Shown: one piece after another, positions 49,582 through 59,573 of the stretch
Position numbering within the stretch: position 1 is the stretch's first letter
Layout of the letters: each line of letters begins with the position of its first letter
Origin: a virus
Direction: 5' to 3' (one strand)
IMG/VR virus record: IMGVR_UViG_3300044624_002142
Span: 32,001-96,000 of that record
Length of the DNA stretch: 64,000 bases
Made by a program: the position numbers and the translations under genes
Notes under the pieces: model-generated
What the model was told of the DNA's origin: nothing
Seen by the model: only the letters and a program-made list of their open reading frames with translations
Database searches by the model: none

Positions 49582-52125
49582 ATGTATCAAAACATTTATA
49601 TAGATAAGAAAACAGAAACAGTGCACCTTTGGGATGACCAGAAGGGACATGTTACATTTCCAGTTCCTAAGTATGCGTATCGTAAGAAGTCAGGTGGACG
49701 TTATCGTTCTGTTTACGGGGATGAACTAGAAAAGGTTACAAACTTTAACCGTAATGATCCTTCAATCTTTGAAGGTGATGTTCCTCCCGAAACACGGGTG
49801 TTGATTGACGCGTACGAAAACAGTGATGAACCGTCCAAAGGACATCGTATTGTCTTTTTTGACATTGAGGTTAGTTCCGAAGGTGGATTTCCCGTTATTG
49901 AGGAGGGTGATAAGGAACTCACCGCTATTGCTTTGTACGATAGTGCTACATCCAAGTACACGGCGTTTATTTTGGATAAAGATGGCAAACTTCAAGACAG
50001 TGAAACAACAGATACAAGTATTCAAAGTTTTGACAATGAGGAATCATTAATTAGTCATTTTATGAATAAGTGGGAGGAAATCCAACCCACGATTATTACT
50101 GGATGGAATATTGATGGGTTCGACGTTCCATATCTGTATAATCGTATCAAGAGAGTGATGGGTGCCAATTTTGCTAAAAGATTGAGTCCGATTCGGGAAT
50201 GTTATTATAATAACTTTGCAAAACGAATGGTTTTAGCTGGTATTTCATGTATGGACTATATTACATTGTATCAGAAGTTTAGTGGAAAAAATGAACCAAG
50301 TTATACTCTTGGTGCTATCGGTAAGAAGGTGGTCAATATCGACAAGATCACTTATACCGGAAGCCTTAATGATTTGTATCGTGATGACATTCAAAAGTAT
50401 ATTGAATACAACCTTAATGACGTTAAGATTGTGGTTGCTCTTGATAAGAAGTTACAATTCATTGATCTTGCTCGTCGTATCTGTCACACCGGGCATGTTG
50501 GTTATGAACAATTTGGAACTTCATCACGATACCTTGAAGGTGCCATATTGATGTATTTGCGTCGTCAAGGACGTGTTGCTCCGAATAAACCATTAGATGG
50601 ACGTGAAGAATATGAACAACAATTGGAAGACGGAGAAGAAGGATTTGAAGGTGCGTTTGTTAAACCTCCTGTGCCTGGTAGGTATGATTGGGTGTTTGAT
50701 TTGGATCTTACATCAATGTATCCGAATATCATTATTAGTCTTAACATTAGTCCTGAAACTAAAATAGCTAAAGTTGAAAACTGGAATGCAGAAGACTTTG
50801 TTCGTGGCAAGTTGACAGATGTAGTATTAAGCGGACAAAAGTATTCATCACAAGAATTCAGTGACATGTTGATTCAAAATAATCTTAGTGTCGCTAGTAA
50901 TGGAGCTGTCTATAAACTTCCAAAAGGAGACGGACAAGAAGGTACGATTCCTAGTATTTTGATCAAGTGGTTTAATGAACGTAAAGAAATGCGTAAGTTG
51001 GCCAAGAAGCACGCTGATGCAAAGGAATGGGAATTGTATGAGTTTTATGATCAACGTCAGAAAGTTCAAAAGATTTTGCTAAACTCCATTTATGGTTGTT
51101 TGGGTCTGCCAGTATTTCGATTTTATGATAAGGATAATGCTGAAGCAGTAACATTGAGTGGTGTCAGTATCATTAAGACTGCAAATATGGCCATCAACCA
51201 ATATTATAAGAATGTTCTTGGTGATGAAGCAAAAGGTAAGGATTATGTTATTTACGTTGATACCGATTCTTGTTTTACTAGTGCTTTGCCTATTATTAAG
51301 AAAACGATGCCTGACATTGATGTAAATGACGAAAAACAAATGACCGAAGCTATTCTGAAAGTTACTGCAGAAGCTCAAACATATGTTAACCAAATGTTTG
51401 ATATTATGGCTCTTCGATTATTTAACGTAAAACAACATCGTTTTGATGCAAAACAAGAAGTAATCGCCAAGTCGTCGTTTTGGTTGGCTAAGAAACGTTA
51501 TTGTCAGTTCATTATTAATAAGGGTGGGGTTGAATGTGATGAACTTGAGGTCAAGGGAATTGACGTGGTGAGAACATCCTTTCCTGCCAAGTTTAGAACT
51601 TTCATGAAACAATTCTTGATTGATTTGTTGAAAAACGTTGATCAAGAAACTATCAACAACAATATTCTTCAGTTTACAGAAGATATGAAGAACTTTGGAG
51701 TGATTGAACTTGCTAAAAATACAAGTGTGAAGTTCAAGAGCGAAAAGACTAAAGCTGATTATAATCCAAAGAGTCGTCAACCATTTCAGATTGTTTCTGG
51801 AACTCCTGCCCAAGTTAAGGCAGCGTTGTATTACAACGATTTGTTGGCACAGTTTAATTTGACCAAGATTATTCCTCCGATATTTCATGGTCAGAAAATT
51901 AAGTGGGTATATCTTAAACAGAATGAATATGGAATTGAATGTTTGGCGATGAAAGCAGATGGAACTGATCCTCAACAAATTATGGATATTATTACAAAAT
52001 ATATGGATCGTGATACTATGTATGAACAAGAGTTGAAGAGTAAACTTGTTGATTTCTATAAAGTTTTGAACTGGGAATATCCTAATTCAAACTGGAAAGC
52101 TGCATCTGCATTTTTTGAATTTTAA
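49582..52125 (+). CDS. Family B DNA polymerase (T4 gp43-like)
   Basis: ExoI 'FDIE', ExoII 'GWNIDGFD', ExoIII 'YNLND', 'DLTSMYP', 'KILLNSIYG', 'YVDTDS', 'KKRY'. Confidence 0.97.
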   Translation: MYQNIYIDKKTETVHLWDDQKGHVTFPVPKYAYRKKSGGRYRSVYGDELEKVTNFNRNDPSIFEGDVPPETRVLIDAYENSDEPSKGHRIVFFDIEVSSEGGFPVIEEGDKELTAIALYDSATSKYTAFILDKDGKLQDSETTDTSIQSFDNEESLISHFMNKWEEIQPTIITGWNIDGFDVPYLYNRIKRVMGANFAKRLSPIRECYYNNFAKRMVLAGISCMDYITLYQKFSGKNEPSYTLGAIGKKVVNIDKITYTGSLNDLYRDDIQKYIEYNLNDVKIVVALDKKLQFIDLARRICHTGHVGYEQFGTSSRYLEGAILMYLRRQGRVAPNKPLDGREEYEQQLEDGEEGFEGAFVKPPVPGRYDWVFDLDLTSMYPNIIISLNISPETKIAKVENWNAEDFVRGKLTDVVLSGQKYSSQEFSDMLIQNNLSVASNGAVYKLPKGDGQEGTIPSILIKWFNERKEMRKLAKKHADAKEWELYEFYDQRQKVQKILLNSIYGCLGLPVFRFYDKDNAEAVTLSGVSIIKTANMAINQYYKNVLGDEAKGKDYVIYVDTDSCFTSALPIIKKTMPDIDVNDEKQMTEAILKVTAEAQTYVNQMFDIMALRLFNVKQHRFDAKQEVIAKSSFWLAKKRYCQFIINKGGVECDELEVKGIDVVRTSFPAKFRTFMKQFLIDLLKNVDQETINNNILQFTEDMKNFGVIELAKNTSVKFKSEKTKADYNPKSRQPFQIVSGTPAQVKAALYYNDLLAQFNLTKIIPPIFHGQKIKWVYLKQNEYGIECLAMKADGTDPQQIMDIITKYMDRDTMYEQELKSKLVDFYKVLNWEYPNSNWKAASAFFEF

Positions 52126-52170
52126 TTTTTAATAATTTTTTATAAAAAAAATTTCATAGTTATATATCAA

Positions 52171-53070
52171 ATGAGTGATTTTACGTTTATAATTCAAGGA
52201 CCATACAACACTACACATTTATTGATGTTAGGTAACCTTAAAAAAGAAGGAAAAGTTGTTTTGTCATGTTACATGTCTGATTTAGATAAAATTTCTGACC
52301 CAAGTGTGTATGACATGATAATACTCAATGATATTATCGATACCAATATAGAGAAAATTTACAATTATGATAACGTATATCATCAAGTGAGATCCACGAA
52401 AAGAGCATTGTGTTCTATAAACACTGAATATGCTGTTAAGTTCAGATCTGACTCTTTTTATTCCGGAATACCATATGTAGTAGATTCTATAAGAAAAAAC
52501 TCAGAAAAGTTATCATGTGTGCCCATCAATATTAATCCAGTATGGCCATATCAGTTTTGTGACCATGTAATGGGTGGACGAACTAAAAATTTGAAGGATA
52601 CATTTGAAATAGCAGAGTCTATAATATTAACTCAAGACTTTATTTATGATGAAATTGATACTAGATTATGTCCTGTAGTATTACTTTTTGCATCTTGGCT
52701 TAAAAGTAAGAACATAAAAGGTGATGAACCTATATTTAGTTATTGGATTAAAGATTTTTATGGTACCGATCCTAGAATGGCATGGAGTCCAGACAACAAA
52801 ATAAGTGTTATGGTATATCAGAACTATTTTGATACTGTAGTAAATAACTTAAACATACTAGATATATATAATATGGAACCGTTTTTTGCTAAAAGCAACA
52901 CTGTTAAAAAAACATTCACTAAAGCAATAGATGCGATATCATGGCATGACAGTGTGTGTAAAACCGGACATAAAATGCGTGATATGAATTCATATATAAA
53001 AGCATTTTATGAATGTCATTCTGATAAAACTAAAAACTTTATTAAACCAGTAACACACTATATAAAATAA
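52171..53070 (+). CDS. WavE-like putative glycosyltransferase
   Basis: 'FIIQGP','NVYHQVRST','VKFRSD','DHVMGGRT'. Confidence 0.6.
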   Translation: MSDFTFIIQGPYNTTHLLMLGNLKKEGKVVLSCYMSDLDKISDPSVYDMIILNDIIDTNIEKIYNYDNVYHQVRSTKRALCSINTEYAVKFRSDSFYSGIPYVVDSIRKNSEKLSCVPININPVWPYQFCDHVMGGRTKNLKDTFEIAESIILTQDFIYDEIDTRLCPVVLLFASWLKSKNIKGDEPIFSYWIKDFYGTDPRMAWSPDNKISVMVYQNYFDTVVNNLNILDIYNMEPFFAKSNTVKKTFTKAIDAISWHDSVCKTGHKMRDMNSYIKAFYECHSDKTKNFIKPVTHYIK

Positions 53071-53073
53071 ACT

Positions 53074-54282
53074 ATGAATAAAAAAGTTATAAACGACATA
53101 GTATTGGTATCAAGTACAAATAATAACAACGGTAACATTGTCACATACGATGTTAAATCAAAAACTAATCTTTGGGATGCTGCATATGCAATTGCAGTTG
53201 GACAGAGTGTTGGTAATCCTGAAAAAAGATCTGAGTTTGAGTCTCGGGAATTGTTTGAAACGTATTGTGCAAAGATAATTGATACCAATAATTTTTCTGA
53301 AAAAGAAGGGTTGATTAATATCTATTATCCTGACAATAATTTCAACTACAAGGAAGATGGAATTACTCATTTCTTGACCACAATTATGGGTGGACAACTT
53401 GATATCGATATTATTCAGAAATGTCGAATTACAAATATTGAATTTTCAAAAGAGTTTGATCAGATATTCAATGGACCAAACTTGGGTCTAAAAGAAATGA
53501 GAAAATACTGTGGTGTAGATGAAAACTATCCTTTATTTGGCGGAATTATAAAGCCAAAAATTGGTTTGAATGTTAAAGATTATGTTGAGGTTGTAAAGAT
53601 TTACGCCGATAACGGATGTAACTTCATAAAAGAAGATGAAATTCTTTCCAATCAGTCATTTTGTTCTATAGAAAAACGACTTGAGAAGATTGGTGATTAT
53701 CTCAGAACTAATAACATCAAAATGGTATATGCACCATCTATAACTTGTGATCATTTATATTTAGAGGATCGTATTCGTAAAGTACATAACTTAGGTATCA
53801 ACGGACTTCATATCAACATTCATAGCGGATATGGTGCGTATAAAATGGTTAAGGATTTAAGATTGAATTTGTATCTTCATTATCAAAAGAGCGGAGATAA
53901 GATGTGGACAAATCCTCAACACAATTATTCTATCGACGAATCTGTTTTGTTTGAGATCGCAAGTCGATGTGGATGTTCTACTCTTCATGTTGGTATGATT
54001 GGTGGATATTTGGATAGTGATGAAGATAGTTTGGTTCGAACAATTAATAAGTTAGTATCATTAAATTCTGTTTCAGCATTGAGTTGTGGAATGCATCCCG
54101 GATTGGTTCAATATATTATTAATAAGTTGGGCCATTGTAATTGGATGGCTAACGTTGGTGGCGCTATATCGTCACATCCGATGGGGAGTGCAGCTGGAGT
54201 TCGTGCAATGAAACAGTCGATTTCTGGAGAACATGGTAAGGAATATCGTAATGCAATTAAAACATGGGGACTTAAATCTTGA
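53074..54282 (+). CDS. RuBisCO-like protein (form IV, RLP)
   Basis: 'GGIIKPKIGL','FIKEDEIL','LHVG','SCGMHPG','VGGAISSHPMGSAAGVRAMKQ'. Confidence 0.92.
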   Translation: MNKKVINDIVLVSSTNNNNGNIVTYDVKSKTNLWDAAYAIAVGQSVGNPEKRSEFESRELFETYCAKIIDTNNFSEKEGLINIYYPDNNFNYKEDGITHFLTTIMGGQLDIDIIQKCRITNIEFSKEFDQIFNGPNLGLKEMRKYCGVDENYPLFGGIIKPKIGLNVKDYVEVVKIYADNGCNFIKEDEILSNQSFCSIEKRLEKIGDYLRTNNIKMVYAPSITCDHLYLEDRIRKVHNLGINGLHINIHSGYGAYKMVKDLRLNLYLHYQKSGDKMWTNPQHNYSIDESVLFEIASRCGCSTLHVGMIGGYLDSDEDSLVRTINKLVSLNSVSALSCGMHPGLVQYIINKLGHCNWMANVGGAISSHPMGSAAGVRAMKQSISGEHGKEYRNAIKTWGLKS

Positions 54283-54284
54283 GT

Positions 54285-55001
54285 ATGAATGTTGTTATAC
54301 CAGCTGCTGGATTGGGTACTAGGTTTAATACCACAATTCCAAAACCATTGTTGGATGTTAATGGATTGCCGATGTTAGCTAGAGTTATAAATAACTTTTA
54401 TAATAGTGATGTAAAGTTTTTTGTATGTATTCTTAAAGAACATCAACAGAAATTTAATATTATAGATAATGTAAAAGACTACTGTGATACATCGATGGTT
54501 AAATATTTTATTATTGATGAACTGACAGATGGGCCGGCAAGAACATCATATTTTTCAAAACCACATATTAATATTAATGAACCGTTGATTATAACAAACT
54601 GTGATCAGGTTATTTTTGACTTAGACTTAAATCGATTGATGTCTTTTGCCGAAAAGAATTCGGCAGATGGTGTACTTGGTACGTTTTATTCAAATAGTCC
54701 TAAAAACAGTTACGTTAGACTAAATGATGACGGATTAATTACACAAGTTAAAGAAAAAGAAGTAATAAGTAATTATGCTACCAATGGTCTTCATTTTTGG
54801 ACAAAAGGATCTTCTTTCTTTGATTCGTGTGATGAAATGTTTTCACGAAACGACAGATCAAACAATGAGTTTTATGTTGCACCAAGTTATAACTATATGA
54901 TAAAAAAAGGAATGAAAGTAGTTCAGTATTTTTTCAATGAACACTTTCCTATTGGAATACCACAAGATTTAGATAAATTTAGAAAGTTAAATTATATATG
55001 A
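54285..55001 (+). CDS. Sugar-phosphate nucleotidyltransferase-like protein
   Basis: 'VIPAAGLGTRF..PKPLLDV','TDGPA','NCDQ','EKEVIS..AT.G','NNEFYVAP','GIPQDL'. Confidence 0.85.
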   Translation: MNVVIPAAGLGTRFNTTIPKPLLDVNGLPMLARVINNFYNSDVKFFVCILKEHQQKFNIIDNVKDYCDTSMVKYFIIDELTDGPARTSYFSKPHININEPLIITNCDQVIFDLDLNRLMSFAEKNSADGVLGTFYSNSPKNSYVRLNDDGLITQVKEKEVISNYATNGLHFWTKGSSFFDSCDEMFSRNDRSNNEFYVAPSYNYMIKKGMKVVQYFFNEHFPIGIPQDLDKFRKLNYI

Positions 55002-55633
55002 ACAAACAATTACAAAATGATTTTGTACGATACACTTCCAATGGACAATTGATTCTATCCGAATACCACTGCGGTCCCGGATCTACGTTATGGTATACAC
55101 GTCCTATTAGAAGTGTATTTGTAGAGTTTTTAAAAAAACACAATATTAACAGTATGTTAGATGCTCCATGTGGAGATCATCAATGGATGAGTTTAATAAA
55201 GTTCCCAAATGAATTTGATTATATTGGAGGAGATCTTCATGAAGATATGATTTCTAGAAATAACAATATATATGGAAACAAATTTATTCAACTTGATATT
55301 ACCGAAGATCAATTACCTTCAAAAGATTTGATTTTTGTGAGAGATTGTTTGTTTCATCTTACCGATGATATGAAAAGAAAGTTTTTTAGTAATTTATTGA
55401 AAACAGACTTTAAGTTTTTACTTACATCAAATCATCCAAGATGTAATATTAATGTTCCTAATATTATAAACGGTGAAACGTTTCAAGAAATTAATTGGAA
55501 TATTTCCCCTTGGAATTTCCCAACTCCAATTGATACTATCGTGGATTATAATGAATCTGATGATAGATTTAATCCATATCCATATCGAACAATGGAACTT
55601 TGGTCTAAAGAACAACTCGAAACAATTTTATAA
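54998..55633 (+). CDS. Class I SAM-dependent methyltransferase
   Basis: 'GPGSTL','MLDAPCGD..W','YIGGD','DLIFVRDCLFHL'. Confidence 0.8.
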   Translation: MNKQLQNDFVRYTSNGQLILSEYHCGPGSTLWYTRPIRSVFVEFLKKHNINSMLDAPCGDHQWMSLIKFPNEFDYIGGDLHEDMISRNNNIYGNKFIQLDITEDQLPSKDLIFVRDCLFHLTDDMKRKFFSNLLKTDFKFLLTSNHPRCNINVPNIINGETFQEINWNISPWNFPTPIDTIVDYNESDDRFNPYPYRTMELWSKEQLETIL

Positions 55634-55638
55634 ATGAT

Positions 55639-55965
55639 ATGCGAGTATTTGATTCTAAACCATTTATGGATAAAGGTGGTTGGTTTATTGGAGATTTTGA
55701 ACCAACAGTGTTTAAAACCACATCATTTGAGGTATCATATAAACTTCATCATAAAGGAGAAGATTGGCCAAAACACTATCATAAGATAAGTGAAGAAATA
55801 AACTTTCTAATTCGTGGAAAAATGACTATTAATAATACAGTTATTGATGCAGGAACCATATTTATCATTGACAGATATGAATCTGTAAAACCTATATTCT
55901 TAGAAGATTGTGAACTAATTGTTGTAAAGGTTCCATCTTCAAAGAATGACAAATACGAAAATTAA
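55639..55965 (+). CDS. Cupin-fold protein
   Basis: 'GWFIGDFEP','HYHKISEE','GKM','VVKVPS'. Confidence 0.75.
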   Translation: MRVFDSKPFMDKGGWFIGDFEPTVFKTTSFEVSYKLHHKGEDWPKHYHKISEEINFLIRGKMTINNTVIDAGTIFIIDRYESVKPIFLEDCELIVVKVPSSKNDKYEN

Positions 55966-55967
55966 TT

Positions 55968-56600
55968 ATGTTTACGATAGATCAAAATTTATATACTCAG
56001 ACCCCATCCAATATCAATGGACTTTCTTATCTTCCATCTTTCAAAAATGAAGCTGATAACGATGTTGATTGGCCAGGACATATTGCACCATTTAATGAAA
56101 TTATAGAGGAAATCACTGATGCTAATAAAGAAGCATTGGATGATATATTGAGTAAGGTTAATGTAAAAAATGTTATTGAAATTGGTATTGCTCGTAATAA
56201 TAAAAGATCGTTTACTACACAATTACTTTACGCCAAAAAAGGTATTTATTGTGGTATTGATCTTGATGACAAGACTTTTTTGAATGATGATTTGAATCGT
56301 GTATACACAATCAAAGCTAATTCACATGATCAGGTAAATATACGTTCTTATTTAAATACCATCGGACTTCATAAGTGTTCAGTGTTGTTTATCGATGGAT
56401 GGCATTCAGTGAATACTGTTATTAATGACTGGACATATACTGACTTACTTGATGATAAAGGTGTAGTTATTTTTCATGATACTAACTATCATCCGGGACC
56501 AAATCTTGTTGTACCAGCAGTTGATCGATCTATGTATAGAGTTGTAAAGTATTGTGATGGAGGATCTGATTGGGGTATTGCTGCCGCATACAAACTGTGA
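55968..56600 (+). CDS. Class I SAM methyltransferase (Methyltransf_24-like)
   Basis: 'VIEIG','GIDL','FIDGWHS','GVVIFHDT'. Confidence 0.8.
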   Translation: MFTIDQNLYTQTPSNINGLSYLPSFKNEADNDVDWPGHIAPFNEIIEEITDANKEALDDILSKVNVKNVIEIGIARNNKRSFTTQLLYAKKGIYCGIDLDDKTFLNDDLNRVYTIKANSHDQVNIRSYLNTIGLHKCSVLFIDGWHSVNTVINDWTYTDLLDDKGVVIFHDTNYHPGPNLVVPAVDRSMYRVVKYCDGGSDWGIAAAYKL

Positions 56601-56626
56601 AGGATCTAATATTACAAAATTAGTTT

Positions 56627-57388
56627 ATGAATATAGCAATTATCATTTCTGGAAGAATAGATTTGTTTGAACAATCAGTTTTTGAAAATTATAATAATAT
56701 AATTAATCCATTAATTAACAATGGACACACAGTAAATATTTTCATGTCTATATGGAATCATCATGATCAAGATATGTTGTTAAGAGCATATCAACCATAT
56801 GTAAAAGTTTTTGATACTGAAACTTTTACTGATTATACAGCTGGATTGATAAAGGATATGGTTCCGTATGAAATTCTTGTAAAGTTATTTGGTCATTCTG
56901 AAGAAAATAAAGTTTCTAATACACTATACTGGATGTATAAATTAAAGCGTGCATATAAATTTGTAAAGGAATATGAACGTGTTAATAATATTGAACATGA
57001 TTTGTACATTCGATTAAGACCCGATGTAACATGTTGTGATCCTATTGATATACATCAACTTACTACGTTGAATGATTCATCAATTATAGTTCATGTAGAT
57101 CACATTTTGGTAAAAGATGATAAATTTTATGGATGTGGAGAAGGTTGGATCGATGATAATTTATGTATTGCAAAACAACGACCATTTGAAACATTTTGTA
57201 ATACATATGACGATATAATAAATTTATGTTTAATGACCGGATCTTGTATATCACATATATTGTTACAAAAACAATTTGAATTAAATAATATAAAAACAAT
57301 AAGACCTAATTCTCCATTAATTATTTATCGAAAAGGTGATATTAATAATCCTGTTTTAAAATTTTATCATTTTGAACATTGTTATTAA
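56627..57388 (+). CDS. Putative glycosyltransferase-like protein
   Basis: 'IAIIISGRI','IFMSIW','YIRLRPD','DDNLCIA' pattern of glycan-locus proteins. Confidence 0.5.
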   Translation: MNIAIIISGRIDLFEQSVFENYNNIINPLINNGHTVNIFMSIWNHHDQDMLLRAYQPYVKVFDTETFTDYTAGLIKDMVPYEILVKLFGHSEENKVSNTLYWMYKLKRAYKFVKEYERVNNIEHDLYIRLRPDVTCCDPIDIHQLTTLNDSSIIVHVDHILVKDDKFYGCGEGWIDDNLCIAKQRPFETFCNTYDDIINLCLMTGSCISHILLQKQFELNNIKTIRPNSPLIIYRKGDINNPVLKFYHFEHCY

Positions 57389-57398
57389 ATGTACTTTT

Positions 57399-58766
57399 AT
57401 GATAAAATTAATTGTTTTTGATTTAGACGGTGTTTTGGTTGAAACTAAAAAACTTCACTATGATGCTTTAAATAAAGCGTTACGTGATGTCGATCCAAAG
57501 TATGAGATTTCATACGATGAACATCTTGCTAAGTATGATGGACTTAGTACTCATAAAAAATTAGATTTACTTGGTCGTGAAAAAGGATTATCTGGAATGG
57601 AGTTTGAAAGTGTATGGTTTCGTAAACAAGTATACACCTCACAAATGTTACGTGAATTGACTCCGGATACAAGACTTATAGAAGTTCTCCGAAAGTTAAA
57701 ACAAAAATATACTATTGCTGTTGCTAGCAATAGTATTCGTGATAGTGTTAAAATAACTCTACTAAAGTTGGGGTTATTGGAATACGTTGATTTTTATTTG
57801 TCTAATGAAGATGTAAAACATCCAAAACCACATCCTGAGATCTATTTGAGATCAATGATTCAATCAGGTGCAACACCAAAAGAAACCATTATAATTGAAG
57901 ATAGTGTTATTGGACGTAATGCTGCAAACAATAGTGGTGCTTATTTACTGGGAGTAAATAATCCAACAGATGTAACGTATGAAAATATTACGGAACATAT
58001 AGATTGTATCAATAAAAATACTAAAAGACCAAAATGGCAAGGAGGAAAAATGAATGTTTTAATACCAATGGCAGGCGCAGGTAGTCGATTTGAAAAGGCT
58101 GGATATACATTTCCTAAACCTTTGATTGATGTACGTGGAAAGCCCATGATTCAATGGGTAGTTGACAATTTGAACGTAGACGCCAAGTATATTTTTATTG
58201 TTCAGAAAAGTCATTTTGAAAAGTACAACCTTAAAGATACACTTGATAATTTCTGTCCAAATAATAAAATTGTTCAGATTGAAGGAATTACCGAAGGTGC
58301 TGCTTGTACGACACTATTAGCAAAACAATATATTAATAAGGATGAACCTTTGATTATTGCCAACAGTGATCAATTTGTTGAGTGGAATAACGAAGAGTTT
58401 ATTTATACATCTACCACTGGAGATTTAGATGGTAATATTCTTACGTTTAAATCTACACACCCCAAGTGGAGTTATGCAAAAATCAATGAATTAGGATATG
58501 TGACTGAAGTTGCTGAAAAACGTCCTATAAGTGATATTGCGACTGTAGGCATATACTATTGGAGAAAGGGCAGTGACTATGTTAAGTATGCTGAACAAAT
58601 GATTCAAAAGAACATTCGTGTCAACAATGAATTTTATGTGTGTCCGGTCTTCAATGAAGCCATTTCTGACGGTAAAAAGGTTCGTACATTTAATATTGAA
58701 AAGATGTGGGGTCTTGGAACCCCTGAAGATTTAGAAAATTTTTTAAAAAATTACGAAAAACATTAA
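57399..58766 (+). CDS. HAD phosphatase fused to sugar nucleotidyltransferase
   Basis: N-terminal 'FDLDGVL','ASNS','KPHPEIY','IEDS'; C-terminal 'IPMAGAGSRF..PKPLI','NSDQ','NNEFYVCP','GTPEDL'. Confidence 0.88.
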   Translation: MIKLIVFDLDGVLVETKKLHYDALNKALRDVDPKYEISYDEHLAKYDGLSTHKKLDLLGREKGLSGMEFESVWFRKQVYTSQMLRELTPDTRLIEVLRKLKQKYTIAVASNSIRDSVKITLLKLGLLEYVDFYLSNEDVKHPKPHPEIYLRSMIQSGATPKETIIIEDSVIGRNAANNSGAYLLGVNNPTDVTYENITEHIDCINKNTKRPKWQGGKMNVLIPMAGAGSRFEKAGYTFPKPLIDVRGKPMIQWVVDNLNVDAKYIFIVQKSHFEKYNLKDTLDNFCPNNKIVQIEGITEGAACTTLLAKQYINKDEPLIIANSDQFVEWNNEEFIYTSTTGDLDGNILTFKSTHPKWSYAKINELGYVTEVAEKRPISDIATVGIYYWRKGSDYVKYAEQMIQKNIRVNNEFYVCPVFNEAISDGKKVRTFNIEKMWGLGTPEDLENFLKNYEKH

Positions 58767-58768
58767 AT

Positions 58769-59557
58769 ATGCTCGGTGATTTTACATTTATAATTCATGG
58801 AAATTATGATGAAACGCACATTCCTATGTGTGCCGAATTAAAACGATTTGGTAAAGTCATATTATCGACCAATAAAAAATATATGGACCATGTTTCACAA
58901 CATGCAAATCATTATGATAAAATAATATGTGAATCGGATATAGATGTTACCAATATATACAATCATCAGAATATCTATCTTCATATCAACTCAGTATTAA
59001 ATGGATTGCGTCAGTGTGATACTCAATATGTTGTAAAAGTTAGAACAAATCATTGTTATTCAAATATTCAATATCTTGTAAATAAAGTAAGATCAAATAT
59101 AAATGATAAATATTTGTGTAGTAATATTGCTGTAAATCCAGAATTTCCATATCATCCATGTGATAATATTATTGCTGGAACTAAAGAATTGGTTTTTTCT
59201 ATATACAAAACAGCTTATAGTAGTATATTAGCTGAAGATTTTATATATCAAGACAATGATATACGAATGTGTGCTGAAGTTTTATTGTTCATTTCATATC
59301 TTAAATATAAAAACATTAAAATAAATAAAATCAATGGAAACTCATATTTTTATGTTGATGGTATAAGAAATGGTATGGTAATTCATGGTTACATTAGTGA
59401 TCAATACAGATCTATAATGAAAGAAAATTTAGAATTAATTGACGTTGAGAATTTAGCACCATATGTTATAAATTTTAATAGTCATACATTTGATGTTATT
59501 TTTAGAAATATTAAAAATGTGGATGAACTATTAAGTAAAACAAATTTGAACTTTTAA
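58769..59557 (+). CDS. WavE-like protein, paralog of 52171..53070
   Basis: Aligns by eye: DFTFII.G.Y..TH, GKV.LS, IYN..N.Y, VK.R, NP..PY..CD, R.C..V.LF.S.LK. Confidence 0.6.
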   Translation: MLGDFTFIIHGNYDETHIPMCAELKRFGKVILSTNKKYMDHVSQHANHYDKIICESDIDVTNIYNHQNIYLHINSVLNGLRQCDTQYVVKVRTNHCYSNIQYLVNKVRSNINDKYLCSNIAVNPEFPYHPCDNIIAGTKELVFSIYKTAYSSILAEDFIYQDNDIRMCAEVLLFISYLKYKNIKINKINGNSYFYVDGIRNGMVIHGYISDQYRSIMKENLELIDVENLAPYVINFNSHTFDVIFRNIKNVDELLSKTNLNF

Positions 59558-59573
59558 GTAAAACGAATTGTGT

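Noticed and set aside
15295-52125. Inteins, introns or homing endonucleases in nrdA, nrdB or PolB
   Set aside because: All have normal length and uninterrupted motifs
53074-54282. True RuBisCO / viral carbon fixation
   Set aside because: K334, H294, E60 and N123 equivalents appear substituted; no small subunit or phosphoribulokinase nearby
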